Shown piece after piece: positions 50,883 to 60,036 of a stretch of DNA of 64,000 bases. The translations under genes and the position numbers were made by a program. Every line of letters begins with the position of its first letter. Position 1 is the stretch's first letter. Source of the DNA: an uncultured Actinomycetes bacterium (GTDB lineage: Bacteria > Actinomycetota > Thermoleophilia > Gaiellales > JAICJC01); assembly GCA_963843705.1 (NCBI GenBank), contig CAWJLQ010000008.1, positions 612,144-676,143 of the forward strand, read 5' to 3'. The notes beneath the pieces were generated by a model. It worked only from the letters and a program-made list of their open reading frames with translations. It searched no databases and was not told where the DNA came from.

Positions 50883-52144
50883 ACGCGGTAGGCGGCGAAC
50901 CGGCCCACCATCTCACGCGGGAGCCGCGCCGTCACGAGCACGCCCTCGGCCGCGTCCTCGCGGGCCGTGATCGGGGCGCCGGTCGCGTACAGGGCCGACA
51001 GCTCGCCGCCCTGACCGTGCGGCACCAGCAGACGGACGTCCACGTAGCGCCCGCTGAAGAACTCGGCGATCCGCCGCTTCAGCTCGTCCAGGTTCTCGCC
51101 GGTCCTGGCCGAGATCAGGACGGCCTCGGGGAAGCGGTTCTGCAGCCGCCGCACGGCGAGCGTGTCGACGGCGTCGATCTTGTTGATGACGAGCAGCGAC
51201 GGGAGCGAGTCCGCGCCGATGTCCGCCAGCACGGCCCGCACCTCGTCCAGCTGCCGGCGCAGCCCCTCCTCGCCCGTCGACGCGTCGGCGACCAGCAGCA
51301 CGAGGTCGCCGGCGAGCGTCTCCTCGAGTGTGGCGGCGAACGCCTCGACGAGCATGTGCGGCAGCTTCCCGATGAACCCGACCGTGTCGGTGACGAGGTA
51401 GGCGCGGCCGTCCTCCCGGAACGCCCGCGTCGTCGGGTCGAGCGTCTCGAAGAGGCGGTCGTCGACGCTCACCTCGGAGCCCGTCAGGGCGTTCAGTAGC
51501 GTGGACTTGCCGACGTTCGTGTACCCGGCGAGGGCCACCGCGGGCATCGCCGAGCGGCTGCGCCTGCGGCGCATCACGCCGCGGCGGGCCGCCACCTCTC
51601 GCAGCCTCGTGCGCAGCAGCGCGAGCCGCCGCCGCGCCATCCGCCGGTCGGACTCGAGCTGGGTCTCGCCCGGGCCTCTCGTGCCGACGCCGCCGCCGAG
51701 CCGCTCGAGGTGCTTCCACATGCCGCGCATGCGGGCCAGCGAGTACTCGAGCTGGGCGAGCTCCACCTGCAGCTTGCCCTCGGCGGTGTGCGCGTGCTGG
51801 GCGAAGATGTCGAGGATGACCGCCGTGCGGTCGACGACGCGCATCTGCAGGGCATCCTCGAGCGTGCGCTGCTGGCGCGGGGTGAGCTCGTCGTCGGAGA
51901 CGACCACCTCGGCCTCGAGCTGCCCCGCCAGCTCGCGCAGCTCGTCGAGCTTCCCCGGGCCGAGGTAGCTGCGGGGGTCGGGCCGGCGCCGGTGCTGCAC
52001 GAGCGTCGCGACGGCGTCGACCCGCGCGGTGCGCAGGAGCTCGCGCATCTCGGTCAGCTCCTCCGCGCCGTCGGTGCCCGGTGCCAGCGACGCCACCACC
52101 ACCGCCCGCTCGGGCTCGGCGTCGTGAGTGGTGATGTGCGTCAC
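50879..52144 (-). CDS. hflX: GTPase HflX
   Basis: An HflX N-terminal domain is followed by G1 (GYTNVGKST), G3 (DTVGF) and G4 (NKID). Its stop overlaps the dut ATG. Confidence 0.93.
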   Translation of the reverse strand: MTHITTHDAEPERAVVVASLAPGTDGAEELTEMRELLRTARVDAVATLVQHRRRPDPRSYLGPGKLDELRELAGQLEAEVVVSDDELTPRQQRTLEDALQMRVVDRTAVILDIFAQHAHTAEGKLQVELAQLEYSLARMRGMWKHLERLGGGVGTRGPGETQLESDRRMARRRLALLRTRLREVAARRGVMRRRRSRSAMPAVALAGYTNVGKSTLLNALTGSEVSVDDRLFETLDPTTRAFREDGRAYLVTDTVGFIGKLPHMLVEAFAATLEETLAGDLVLLVADASTGEEGLRRQLDEVRAVLADIGADSLPSLLVINKIDAVDTLAVRRLQNRFPEAVLISARTGENLDELKRRIAEFFSGRYVDVRLLVPHGQGGELSALYATGAPITAREDAAEGVLVTARLPREMVGRFAAYRV

Positions 52145-52187
52145 GATGAGCAGTATAGGGAGGCGCTCGTTCCGCCCCCGGCCGCCG

Positions 52188-53357
52188 TCAGACGGCCACG
52201 CGCAGGTGCTGCTCGATCCGCGCTACGGCCTCGCGGAGGTCGGCGTCGGGAAGGGTCAGCGAGAGCCGCACGTAGCCCTCGCCGTTCGGCCCGTACGAGG
52301 AGCCGGGCGACACCACCACGGCGGCCTGATCGAGCACGAGCTCCGCGAACGACACGGACGTATGGCCCTCGGGCACGGGCACCCAGATGTACATCGTGCC
52401 CTTGGGCGCGGGGACGTCAATGCCGACCGCGTGCAGCGCGGCGATCGTGAGGTCGCGGCGGCGGCGGTAGACCGCGCACATCTCGCGGACGTGGTCCTGC
52501 GGGCCGGTGAGCGCGGCGGCGGCCGCGAGCTGGACGGCGTCGAAGACGCCGGAGTCGATGTTGGTCTTCAGCTTGTGCAGCGCGGCGATCATCTCGGCGT
52601 TGCCCACCGCCGCACCCACGCGCCAGCCCGTCATGTTGTAGGCCTTCGAGAGCGAGAACATCTCCACGCCCGCCTCGCGCGCCCCCGGCGCCTCCAGGAA
52701 GCTCGGCGCCCGGTATCCGTCGAAGGTGATCTCGGAATAGGCGTTGTCGTGCACGATCGGGATGCCCCGCTCGAGCCCGAACGCTGCCAGCCGCTCGAAG
52801 AAGGCGACGTCGCAGACGGCGCCGGTGGGGTTGTTCGGGTAGTTGCAGAAGAGCAGGTTCGCCCGCTCGCCGGCCGCGGCCGGGATCGCGTCCAGGTCGG
52901 GCAGGAAGCCGTGCTCGGCGGTGAGCGGCATGAGCACCGGCTCGGCGCCCGCGAGCAGCGTCCCCGAGGTGTAGACCGGGTAGCCGGGGTCGGCGGCCAG
53001 GCACGCGTCGCCGGGGTCGAGCATCGCGAAGCACACGTGCGCCACCCCCTCCTTGCCCCCGAGCAGCGGCAGCACCTCGGTGTCGGGGTCGAGCGCCACG
53101 CCGAAGCGGTTCGCGTAGAACGCGGCCACGGCCTCGCGGAACGCGGCCAGGCCGCGGTTGGAGGGGTACCGGTGGGTGTCCGGCCGCGCCACCTGGCGCT
53201 GCATCTCCTCGACGACGTTCGCGGGCGTGGGGATGTCCGGGTCGCCGATCCCGAGCGAGATCACCTCGATCCCGGCCGCCCGCCGCTCGGCGATCTTGCG
53301 CTCGAGCTCGGCGAAGAGGTACGGCGGCAGCGACTGCACACGCTGGGCGATGCGCAC
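52188..53357 (-). CDS. dapL: LL-diaminopimelate aminotransferase-type class I aminotransferase
   Basis: SLPPYLFAELE, GIGDPDIPTP, NYPNNPTG and the PLP lysine in SLSKAYNMTGWR are present. It lies immediately downstream of the dapF homologue. Confidence 0.78.
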   Translation of the reverse strand: MRIAQRVQSLPPYLFAELERKIAERRAAGIEVISLGIGDPDIPTPANVVEEMQRQVARPDTHRYPSNRGLAAFREAVAAFYANRFGVALDPDTEVLPLLGGKEGVAHVCFAMLDPGDACLAADPGYPVYTSGTLLAGAEPVLMPLTAEHGFLPDLDAIPAAAGERANLLFCNYPNNPTGAVCDVAFFERLAAFGLERGIPIVHDNAYSEITFDGYRAPSFLEAPGAREAGVEMFSLSKAYNMTGWRVGAAVGNAEMIAALHKLKTNIDSGVFDAVQLAAAAALTGPQDHVREMCAVYRRRRDLTIAALHAVGIDVPAPKGTMYIWVPVPEGHTSVSFAELVLDQAAVVVSPGSSYGPNGEGYVRLSLTLPDADLREAVARIEQHLRVAV

Positions 53358-53360
53358 GGT

Positions 53361-54164
53361 CTAGAGCACCTCCAGCGCCGCCAGGAAGGCGGCCGAGAAC
53401 TCGCCGGTGTGCACGCGCTGCACCGGTCCCGTGAGCCGGATGGCGAGGTCGTCCGCGACCGCGACGACGAGCACGCCGCCGTCGGTGTGGACGTTCACGG
53501 GGCTGCGGGCGCGGCCCGCGACGACGGCCGCGACCGCCGCGGCGCTCGATCCGGAGCCGGACGAGAGCGTCTCCCCCGCCCCGCGCTCCCAGACTCGCAT
53601 GCGGATGTCGTTTCCGCCCAGCGGCCGGTAGAACTCGACGTTCGTGCGGTTCGGGAACCACGGGTGGCGCTCGATCGGGGGCCCGGCCGTCGCCAGGTCG
53701 ATCGCGTCCACCCCTTCGGACTCGATCACGCAGTGGGGGTTGCCCAGCGACACGAACTGGTAGATCGGGGCCGGTGGGTCGCCCGCGTCCGGCCGGTGAT
53801 CCGAGCCTTCGAGCGCCGCGATGCCGGCGTCGATCGTGACCGAGCCGCCGTCGACGGTTCCCGAGACGGTGCCCTTGAGCGTCTCGAGCACGACGTCGGC
53901 GCGTCCGTCTCGACCGGCGACGTAGCCGGCGGCGATCCGGCTGCCGTTGCCCGAGAACTCCGCCTCGCTCCCGTCGGGGTTCAGGATCTGGACGCGGTCG
54001 TGCCCCGGAGCGAGCGGGTCGAGCACGAGGATGCCGTCGCTGCCCGCCCCGAGATCGGGATGGCAGATCCGCTCCACCTGGGGCGCGCGCAAGGGCGCCG
54101 GGAGGTCGGTGCGCTCGATCACGAGGTACGCGTTCCCGGCCGCCTGCCACTTCTCGAACCGCAT
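53361..54164 (-). CDS. dapF: Diaminopimelate epimerase homologue with Ser at both catalytic Cys positions
   Basis: It is colinear with E. coli DapF as I remember it (GNAY/GNDF, NPDGSEAEF-S-GNGSR vs NADGSEVAQ-C-GNGAR, SLGNPHCV, ERGAGETLS-S-GSG vs ERGAGETQA-C-GSG). The Ser codons are TCG at 53952-53954 and TCC at 53559-53561. Confidence 0.8.
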   Translation of the reverse strand: MRFEKWQAAGNAYLVIERTDLPAPLRAPQVERICHPDLGAGSDGILVLDPLAPGHDRVQILNPDGSEAEFSGNGSRIAAGYVAGRDGRADVVLETLKGTVSGTVDGGSVTIDAGIAALEGSDHRPDAGDPPAPIYQFVSLGNPHCVIESEGVDAIDLATAGPPIERHPWFPNRTNVEFYRPLGGNDIRMRVWERGAGETLSSGSGSSAAAVAAVVAGRARSPVNVHTDGGVLVVAVADDLAIRLTGPVQRVHTGEFSAAFLAALEVL

Positions 54165-54273
54165 CGCACGGGAGGATACCGGCGGGCGCCCGGCCCCCGC
54201 ACGCCCTCTCCCAGGTGTTTCCTGTCCCTCGCCTTGGGGAATATCGTATTACGATGTAAATGGATAGGAGGGC

Positions 54274-55032
54274 ATGATGAGTGCAATCCGGCACGAATCC
54301 GTGCGCGGCGGCACCCGAACCGAGAACGGCGCCGTTCGCTCGTGGGACGGGATCCCCGCCAGGATCTTCCTGCAGCCAATCGCGGCTCCCAGCGTGCTGG
54401 GGCTGTTCGGGTTCGCGGGCGCGACGTTCATGGTCGCCGCGAACCTGGCGGGCTGGTACGGATCGACGACCACCTCGCCGATGTTCCTGTTCCCGTTCGC
54501 CGCGGTGCTGGGCGGAGTCGCCCAGTTCACGGCGGGAGTCTGGGCGTACCGCGCGCGTGACGCGCTGGCCACCGCGATGCACGGCACATGGGGATCGTTC
54601 TGGATCGCCTACGGCATCTTCTGGTGGCTGGTCGCGAATCACACGATCACACCACCCGCGGGGAGCACGTTCGTCCCGCTCGGGTACTGGTTCATCGTCC
54701 TCTCGGCGATCACCCTGAGCGGCGCCCTGGCCTCGCTCGCCGAGAGCGGCGCGCTGTTCTCGGTGCTGGGCAGCCTGACCACAGGCTCGATCCTGCTCGC
54801 GATCGCCTACCTGATCGGCTCGAGCACGGTGCTCACCTGGGCCGGCTGGGTGCTGGTCGTCTCGGCCTGCCTGGCCTGGTACACGGGCACCGCGATGATG
54901 CTCGCCGCCACCACGGGCCGCACCGTCCTGCCGCTGTTCAAGCGGTCGCGCGCGGCCAACGTGCCCGGTGGCCAGCCGATCGTCCCGGTGCAGTACGCCG
55001 AGGGCGAGCCCGGCGTGAAGATGGGGCAGTAG
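54274..55032 (+). CDS. GPR1/FUN34/YaaH family acetate (succinate) transporter-like protein
   Basis: Six TM segments. PSVLGLFGFAGATFMV, GGVAQFTAGVWAY and TAMHGTWGSFWIAYG are typical of the family. Confidence 0.8.
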   Translation: MMSAIRHESVRGGTRTENGAVRSWDGIPARIFLQPIAAPSVLGLFGFAGATFMVAANLAGWYGSTTTSPMFLFPFAAVLGGVAQFTAGVWAYRARDALATAMHGTWGSFWIAYGIFWWLVANHTITPPAGSTFVPLGYWFIVLSAITLSGALASLAESGALFSVLGSLTTGSILLAIAYLIGSSTVLTWAGWVLVVSACLAWYTGTAMMLAATTGRTVLPLFKRSRAANVPGGQPIVPVQYAEGEPGVKMGQ

Positions 55033-55110
55033 GCCCGGTCGCAGCCCGACACGCGTCGCCCCGGCCGCCGCGGCTGCCCCCGAAAGGGCGGTCCGGCGGC
55101 CGGGCGCGCG

Positions 55111-55515
55111 TCAGTGCGTGCCGAGCAGCGCGCCGAGGACGATGACGGCGGCGAGGACGGCGCAGACCAGCGCAAAGCCGATCACGATCGGCCATGTGGC
55201 GGGCAGGCCGTCGACCACCGCGAGTCCCGCCACGATCGCGATCGCCATCAGCGGGACGCGGGTGACGGTGTGCGGCCGGGCGCGCAGGAAGCGGGCGCCG
55301 ACGCGGTCGGCCAGGAGCAGGGCCGAGCCCAGCGTGCCGAGCAGGAGCACCGCCACCACGAGCGGCCCGATCACCCACTCGGCCCACCCGCGGATGTTCC
55401 CGCCCGCGACACCCAGGAGCAGCGCCAGCACGGCCACCGCCGGGGCCGCGGCGGCCAGGATCACGAGCGCGTCGCGTGCCTCGCGGACGGCGTCGTGCTC
55501 GCGCCGGCCGCTCAC
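55111..55515 (-). CDS. Hypothetical membrane protein
   Basis: GTG 55515 overlaps the miaA stop (GTGA). Four hydrophobic segments are visible. Confidence 0.5.
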   Translation of the reverse strand: MSGRREHDAVREARDALVILAAAAPAVAVLALLLGVAGGNIRGWAEWVIGPLVVAVLLLGTLGSALLLADRVGARFLRARPHTVTRVPLMAIAIVAGLAVVDGLPATWPIVIGFALVCAVLAAVIVLGALLGTH

Positions 55516-56414
55516 AGCGACTCCGCCACGCGCCCGGCCACCGCGGCCGGGTCGCCGGCGGCGTCGACGCCGACGAGGTCGGGCAGCCGGCGCATCCACG
55601 TGCGCTGGCGCTTGGCGTAGCGGCGCGTGCGCACCATCAGCCGTCGTTCCGCCTCGCCGCGGTCGATCCTGCCCGCGATCAGGTCGGAGAGGTCCTGAAG
55701 GCCGTGGATCCGCTCCGCCGGGACGGAGAACCGACGGGCGGCCCGCGCCGCCCGCACCTCGTCGACGACGCCGTGCTCGAACATCGCCCGCGTGCGGGTG
55801 GCGATCCGCTCCGACACGACCGCGGCCGGCAGCTCGAGGCCGACGACGGTCGTCGGATGCCGGCGGTCGCGCGCCCACAGCCGGTCGGCCGCCGGCGCGA
55901 GGCTCGCCCCGGCGGCGTGCAGCTCGAGCGCGCGCACCACCCGGCGGCGGTCGTTCGGGTGCACCGCCGCCGCGGCGGCCGGGTCGGCCGCGACCAGAAG
56001 CGCGTGAGCGGCTGCGGCGCCCGTCCGCTCATACAGCTCGTCGAATCGCATCCGCTCGTCCGCCGGCACCTGCGGCGGCAGCGCCAGGTCGGCCAGGGCG
56101 GCACGCAGGTAGAGGCCGCTGCCACCGCACACGATCGGGATGCGGCCGCGGGCGAGCACGGCGTCGATCGCGGCGTGCGCGAGCTCGGCGTACTCGGCCA
56201 CGGATCCTGCGTGGTCGGTCTCCCACACGCCGATGAGGTGGTGCGGGGCCGCGTCGCGCTCCGCCGCCGTCGGCTGGTTCGTCAGCACCGGCAGGCCGCG
56301 GTAGAGCTGCATCGCGTCGCACGAGACGATCTCGCCGTCGACCAGCCGCGCCAGGGCGATCGCGACGGCGCTCTTGCCGGACGCCGTCGGGCCGAAGATG
56401 GCGACGATGGGCAA
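55512..56414 (-). CDS. miaA: tRNA dimethylallyltransferase
   Basis: Has the P-loop GPTASGKS, plus SCDAMQLYRGLPVLTNQP and YAKRQRTWMRR. It is inferred to start at TTG 56414, just after the miaB stop. Confidence 0.9.
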   Translation of the reverse strand: MPIVAIFGPTASGKSAVAIALARLVDGEIVSCDAMQLYRGLPVLTNQPTAAERDAAPHHLIGVWETDHAGSVAEYAELAHAAIDAVLARGRIPIVCGGSGLYLRAALADLALPPQVPADERMRFDELYERTGAAAAHALLVAADPAAAAAVHPNDRRRVVRALELHAAGASLAPAADRLWARDRRHPTTVVGLELPAAVVSERIATRTRAMFEHGVVDEVRAARAARRFSVPAERIHGLQDLSDLIAGRIDRGEAERRLMVRTRRYAKRQRTWMRRLPDLVGVDAAGDPAAVAGRVAESL

Positions 56415-56416
56415 GG

Positions 56417-57736
56417 CTAGACGGCGACGGGCGCGGGCGTGCGCCCGGCGAGCGTCTGCGACGTCGACGCGGTGATCTCGACGTCCACGAGCGTCCCCGG
56501 GGCGGCGGCGCCGGGGAAGTTCACGGCCTTGTTCGTGCGCGTACGCCCGCGCCGCACCGTCGGGTCGGTGCGGCTCGGTCCCTCGACCAGCACCTGCTGC
56601 ACCGTGCCGACCAGCGCGGCGTTGTGGGCTGCGGCGTGGTGCTGCACGCGGTCGACGAGGCGCTGGATGCGCTCCTTCTTGACGTCGTCGGGGATCTGGT
56701 CGTCCATCCGGGCGGCGTCCGTCCCCCTCCGCGGCGAGTAGACGAACGTGAAGGCGTGGTCGTAGGCAACCTCGTCGACGAGCGAGAGCGTCTGGTCGAA
56801 CTCGGCGTCGGTCTCGCCCGGGAAGCCGACGATGATGTCCGTGGTGAGCGCGATGTCGGGGATCGCGGTGCGGATCCGCTCGACGAGCGCCAGGTAGCGC
56901 TCGCGCGAGTACGTGCGCCGCATCGCCTTGAGCACGCGCGTCGAGCCGGACTGGACGGGCAGGTGCAGGTGCTCGCACACCGCCGCCGACTCCGCCATCG
57001 CGGCGATCACGTCGGCGCGCATGTCCTTCGGATGCGGGCTGGTGAACCGGATCCGCTCGATGCCCGCCACGGCGTCCAGCGCCCGCAGGAGCTCCGCGAA
57101 GCTCGTCGTGATCGCCGGCCGCAGGTCGCGTCCGTAGGAGTTCACGTTCTGGCCGAGCAGCGTCAGCTCACGGACGCCGTCGGCGGCCAGCGCAGACGCC
57201 TCGCGGACGAGGTCGCCGGGATGACGGCTGTGCTCGCGCCCGCGCACGCTGGGGACGATGCAGTAGGAGCAGTTGCAGTTGCACCCCGTCGAGATCTGCA
57301 GCCACGCCTGGTGCGGGCGGTCGCGCTTCAGCGGCAGGTCGCCGGCGAAGCTGTCGAAGGTCGAGAAGTGCCCGCGCGGGATCTCGCCGCCGGCCTGCAC
57401 GAAGTCGCCGAGGCGGTGGATGTTCCCGGGGCCGAAGGCCAGGTCGACGAACGGGAACTCCTCGAAGAGAGCGTCCTTCATCGACTCCGACCAGCACCCG
57501 CCCACGACGATCACCTTGCCGGGATCGCGCTGCTTGGCGGCGCGCGCGTCCATGAGGTGCGCCACCAGGCGGTCGTCGGCCTTCTCGCGGATGGTGCACG
57601 TGTTGAAGACGAGGAAGTCGGCGTCCTCGGGCGCCTGGGCCTCCCCCAGCCCGACCGACTCGAGCAGGCCCTTGATCCGCTCCGAGTCGTGCACGTTCAT
57701 CTGGCAGCCGAACGTCGTCACGTGATAGCGCTTCAT
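56417..57736 (-). CDS. miaB: tRNA-2-methylthio-N6-dimethylallyladenosine synthase
   Basis: Has the MTTase N-terminal Cys triad (TFGCQMN, NTCTIRE, GGCWSE), a radical-SAM motif (GCNCNCSYCIVP) and a TRAM domain. Start is ATG 57736. Confidence 0.93.
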   Translation of the reverse strand: MKRYHVTTFGCQMNVHDSERIKGLLESVGLGEAQAPEDADFLVFNTCTIREKADDRLVAHLMDARAAKQRDPGKVIVVGGCWSESMKDALFEEFPFVDLAFGPGNIHRLGDFVQAGGEIPRGHFSTFDSFAGDLPLKRDRPHQAWLQISTGCNCNCSYCIVPSVRGREHSRHPGDLVREASALAADGVRELTLLGQNVNSYGRDLRPAITTSFAELLRALDAVAGIERIRFTSPHPKDMRADVIAAMAESAAVCEHLHLPVQSGSTRVLKAMRRTYSRERYLALVERIRTAIPDIALTTDIIVGFPGETDAEFDQTLSLVDEVAYDHAFTFVYSPRRGTDAARMDDQIPDDVKKERIQRLVDRVQHHAAAHNAALVGTVQQVLVEGPSRTDPTVRRGRTRTNKAVNFPGAAAPGTLVDVEITASTSQTLAGRTPAPVAV

Positions 57737-57788
57737 CTCCCTGCGAACTGTATCGGCCGCGCCCTCGTTGCCGACCGGCAACGAGGCT

Positions 57789-58211
57789 ATGCTTGTGCCC
57801 GTGGGTAGGAGGCTCGTGACCGCCGTCGGCGTCGTGCTCGTCGCGATGGGCGTGCTCGCGGCCGCCGCGGACGCCAAGCTCGTCATCCGGGCGCAGAATC
57901 CGGACCTCGTCGTGCGCGTCCAGATCTGGCCGCGGCACCCGAAGGTCGGCGACACGATCGTGGCGCGCGTGCGGATCACGAACACCACCGGCCACAAGCT
58001 GCTCGACGCACAGGCCGGCGACATCTGGACCACCCCGACATACGGCCTGGGCGGCGCCATCGCGGGCACGCTCGGGAAGGGTGTGATCTGGCAGGACGTC
58101 TTCCGCTACAAGGTGACGGCCAAGACGCCGAAGGGCCGGTTCGTGATCGAGGGCGACGCATCCGACCGCCGCGGCGATTCACACGCCGCGCTGGCCGTCA
58201 CGTTCCCGTAG
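57789..58211 (+). CDS. Hypothetical secreted protein
   Basis: Has a signal-like N-terminus (MLVPVGRRLVTAVGVVLVAMGVLAAAADA) and a beta-rich mature part. No domain recognised. Confidence 0.5.
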   Translation: MLVPVGRRLVTAVGVVLVAMGVLAAAADAKLVIRAQNPDLVVRVQIWPRHPKVGDTIVARVRITNTTGHKLLDAQAGDIWTTPTYGLGGAIAGTLGKGVIWQDVFRYKVTAKTPKGRFVIEGDASDRRGDSHAALAVTFP

Positions 58212-58222
58212 AGACGGTCTGT

Positions 58223-58483
58223 CTAGCGGCGGGCGACGCCGCGGCCGCTCAGCGCCTGCAGGCACAGCAGCAGGACGACTGCGCCGACGATCGAGGCCAG
58301 GAAGCTGGCCGACTGGCCGCTGTGGTAGATGCCCGCCGCCTTGCCGCCGGCGGTCGCGACCACGGAGCCGGCGATCCCGACGATCGCCGTCACGATCAGG
58401 CCCGTCGGGTGTTTGCCGGGGACGAGCAGGCGGGCGATCCAGCCGACGATCAGCCCGATGATGACGGCCTCGACGATCCACAT
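58223..58483 (-). CDS. GlsB/YeaQ/YmgE family stress-response membrane protein
   Basis: MWIVEAVIIGLIVGWIARLLVPGK...GLIVTAIVGIAGSVV is canonical for the family. Confidence 0.85.
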   Translation of the reverse strand: MWIVEAVIIGLIVGWIARLLVPGKHPTGLIVTAIVGIAGSVVATAGGKAAGIYHSGQSASFLASIVGAVVLLLCLQALSGRGVARR

Positions 58484-58495
58484 GGGGAGATCGTA

Positions 58496-59002
58496 CTAGG
58501 CGCGCTCCCAGCGGGTCTCGATCGCCGGCGGGTCGGTCAGCGTCTGCATCACGACGCAGTAGCGCTCGGTACGCCGGCGCAGTCCTTCGAGCTGCTCCTC
58601 GGTGGCGCCGGGAGCGTCGATGTCGAAGGCGACGCGGATCGCGCTGAACCCGACGGGCGCCTCACGGTCGACGCCGAGCGTGCCCCGCAGGTCGAGGTCG
58701 CCCTCAACGGTGACCGCGATGTCGTGCACGTCGAGGCCCATGGCCGCCGCCACCATCTGACAGGTGATCTGGGCGCACGCGGCCAGCGCCCCCAGCAAGA
58801 GGTCACCCGAGCATGCGCCCGTGCCCGCGCCGCCGACGCCGGCGTGCGCCTGGGCCGCGTAGATCGCCCGGCCGAGGTCGACCGAGCAGGCGATCGGCCC
58901 GTCGGCGGCCAGGCCGCTGCGGGCGGTCAGCGTGATCCGGCCGCTCTCCGGCTCGGCCCGATAGCCGGCCTTGAGCGGCTCCTGCAACGCACGTAGATCC
59001 AT
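58496..59002 (-). CDS. OsmC family peroxiredoxin-like protein
   Basis: It has OsmC-family length, with both conserved Cys regions present ([19 protein letters not shown] and RYCVV). Confidence 0.85.
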   Translation of the reverse strand: MDLRALQEPLKAGYRAEPESGRITLTARSGLAADGPIACSVDLGRAIYAAQAHAGVGGAGTGACSGDLLLGALAACAQITCQMVAAAMGLDVHDIAVTVEGDLDLRGTLGVDREAPVGFSAIRVAFDIDAPGATEEQLEGLRRRTERYCVVMQTLTDPPAIETRWERA

Positions 59003-59040
59003 CCGATGCTCCTTTCCCGGCCGAGGGTATCGTGCCGCAG

Positions 59041-59577
59041 ATGGGCGTGCGGTTCGAGTTCGTGCAGGGCGACATCACCACGGTGGCCGTCGATGCGATC
59101 GTGAACGCGGCCAACGGCACGCTGCTCGGCGGCGGGGGCGTCGACGGGGCGATCCACCGGGCAGGCGGGCCGGCCATCATGGCCGAGTGCCGCCGGCTGG
59201 GCGGGTGCGACACCGGCGACGCCAAGGCGACGACCGGCGGTGACCTCCCAGCCCGGTACGTGATCCACGCGGTCGGGCCGGTCTGGCGTGGCGGCGGAGC
59301 GGGCGAGGCGGACCTGCTCGCGTCGGCGCACCGGCGCGCGATCGAGCTCGCCGACGAGCTCGGCTGCGAGTCGGTCGCCTTCCCGGCGATCTCGACCGGC
59401 ATCTACGGATACCCCGTCGGGCGGGCGGCCGAGGTGGCGCTGACCGCAGCCGGCGCCGCCGCAGCGGACGCCGCGAACGTGCGCAGGGTGGTCTTCGTGC
59501 TGTTCTCTGCGGGTGACCTGGACGTCTTCCTGCGCACCGCGGCGGGGCTGCGGCTGCCGCTCGAGCACGGCGACTGA
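59041..59577 (+). CDS. Macro domain protein (O-acetyl-ADP-ribose deacetylase, YmdB-like)
   Basis: [37 protein letters not shown] and [13 protein letters not shown] are present. Start is ATG 59041 (GTG 59032 is also possible). Confidence 0.88.
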   Translation: MGVRFEFVQGDITTVAVDAIVNAANGTLLGGGGVDGAIHRAGGPAIMAECRRLGGCDTGDAKATTGGDLPARYVIHAVGPVWRGGGAGEADLLASAHRRAIELADELGCESVAFPAISTGIYGYPVGRAAEVALTAAGAAAADAANVRRVVFVLFSAGDLDVFLRTAAGLRLPLEHGD

Positions 59578-59595
59578 GCGCTCGCGGCGCGCCGC

Positions 59596-60036
59596 CTACC
59601 GGCTGAGGACGCGGGCCGCCTGGTCGCAGACCGCCTCGGCGACGGCCGCGAGCGCGGGAGCGTCCACGATCAGCTGCACGGCCACGCCGCTGCGGGTCGG
59701 CAGCTGCGTCTGGGCGCGGCCGGCGTCCACCCACACCGCGATGCCGACCTCGTCGATCGCCCGGGGGACGCTTGGCGGCGCCAGGTCGAGCCCGAATACC
59801 TCGTCGGCGGGGACGAAGTGGCCGAACCCGTCGGCGGCGGCGTCGAGCAGCGCGTGACCGAGCGCGAAGAGCTCGGCCGGCGTGAGCTCCGCGCCCGGCA
59901 CGTGCGCCACCGGGCTCCCGCCCGCGTGCAGCGTCAGCTCGTAGGGCACGGACTCGGCGAACGGCTCGGCCGTGATGACCAGCTCGACGCTGATGCCCGA
60001 GACGTCCTGCTCGGTGTCGCACAGCCGGATCCTCAT
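59596..60036 (-). CDS. Hypothetical protein translationally coupled to the histidine kinase
   Basis: ATG 60036 overlaps the kinase stop (ATGA). The 146-aa product is acidic, with no signal peptide and no recognised domain. Confidence 0.55.
   Translation of the reverse strand: MRIRLCDTEQDVSGISVELVITAEPFAESVPYELTLHAGGSPVAHVPGAELTPAELFALGHALLDAAADGFGHFVPADEVFGLDLAPPSVPRAIDEVGIAVWVDAGRAQTQLPTRSGVAVQLIVDAPALAAVAEAVCDQAARVLSR

Noticed and set aside
52128-54642. An 810-aa plus ORF and a 741-aa minus ORF overlapping dapL/dapF
   Set aside because: Both are out of frame or antisense to two genes with clear enzyme motifs, and their translations are low-complexity.
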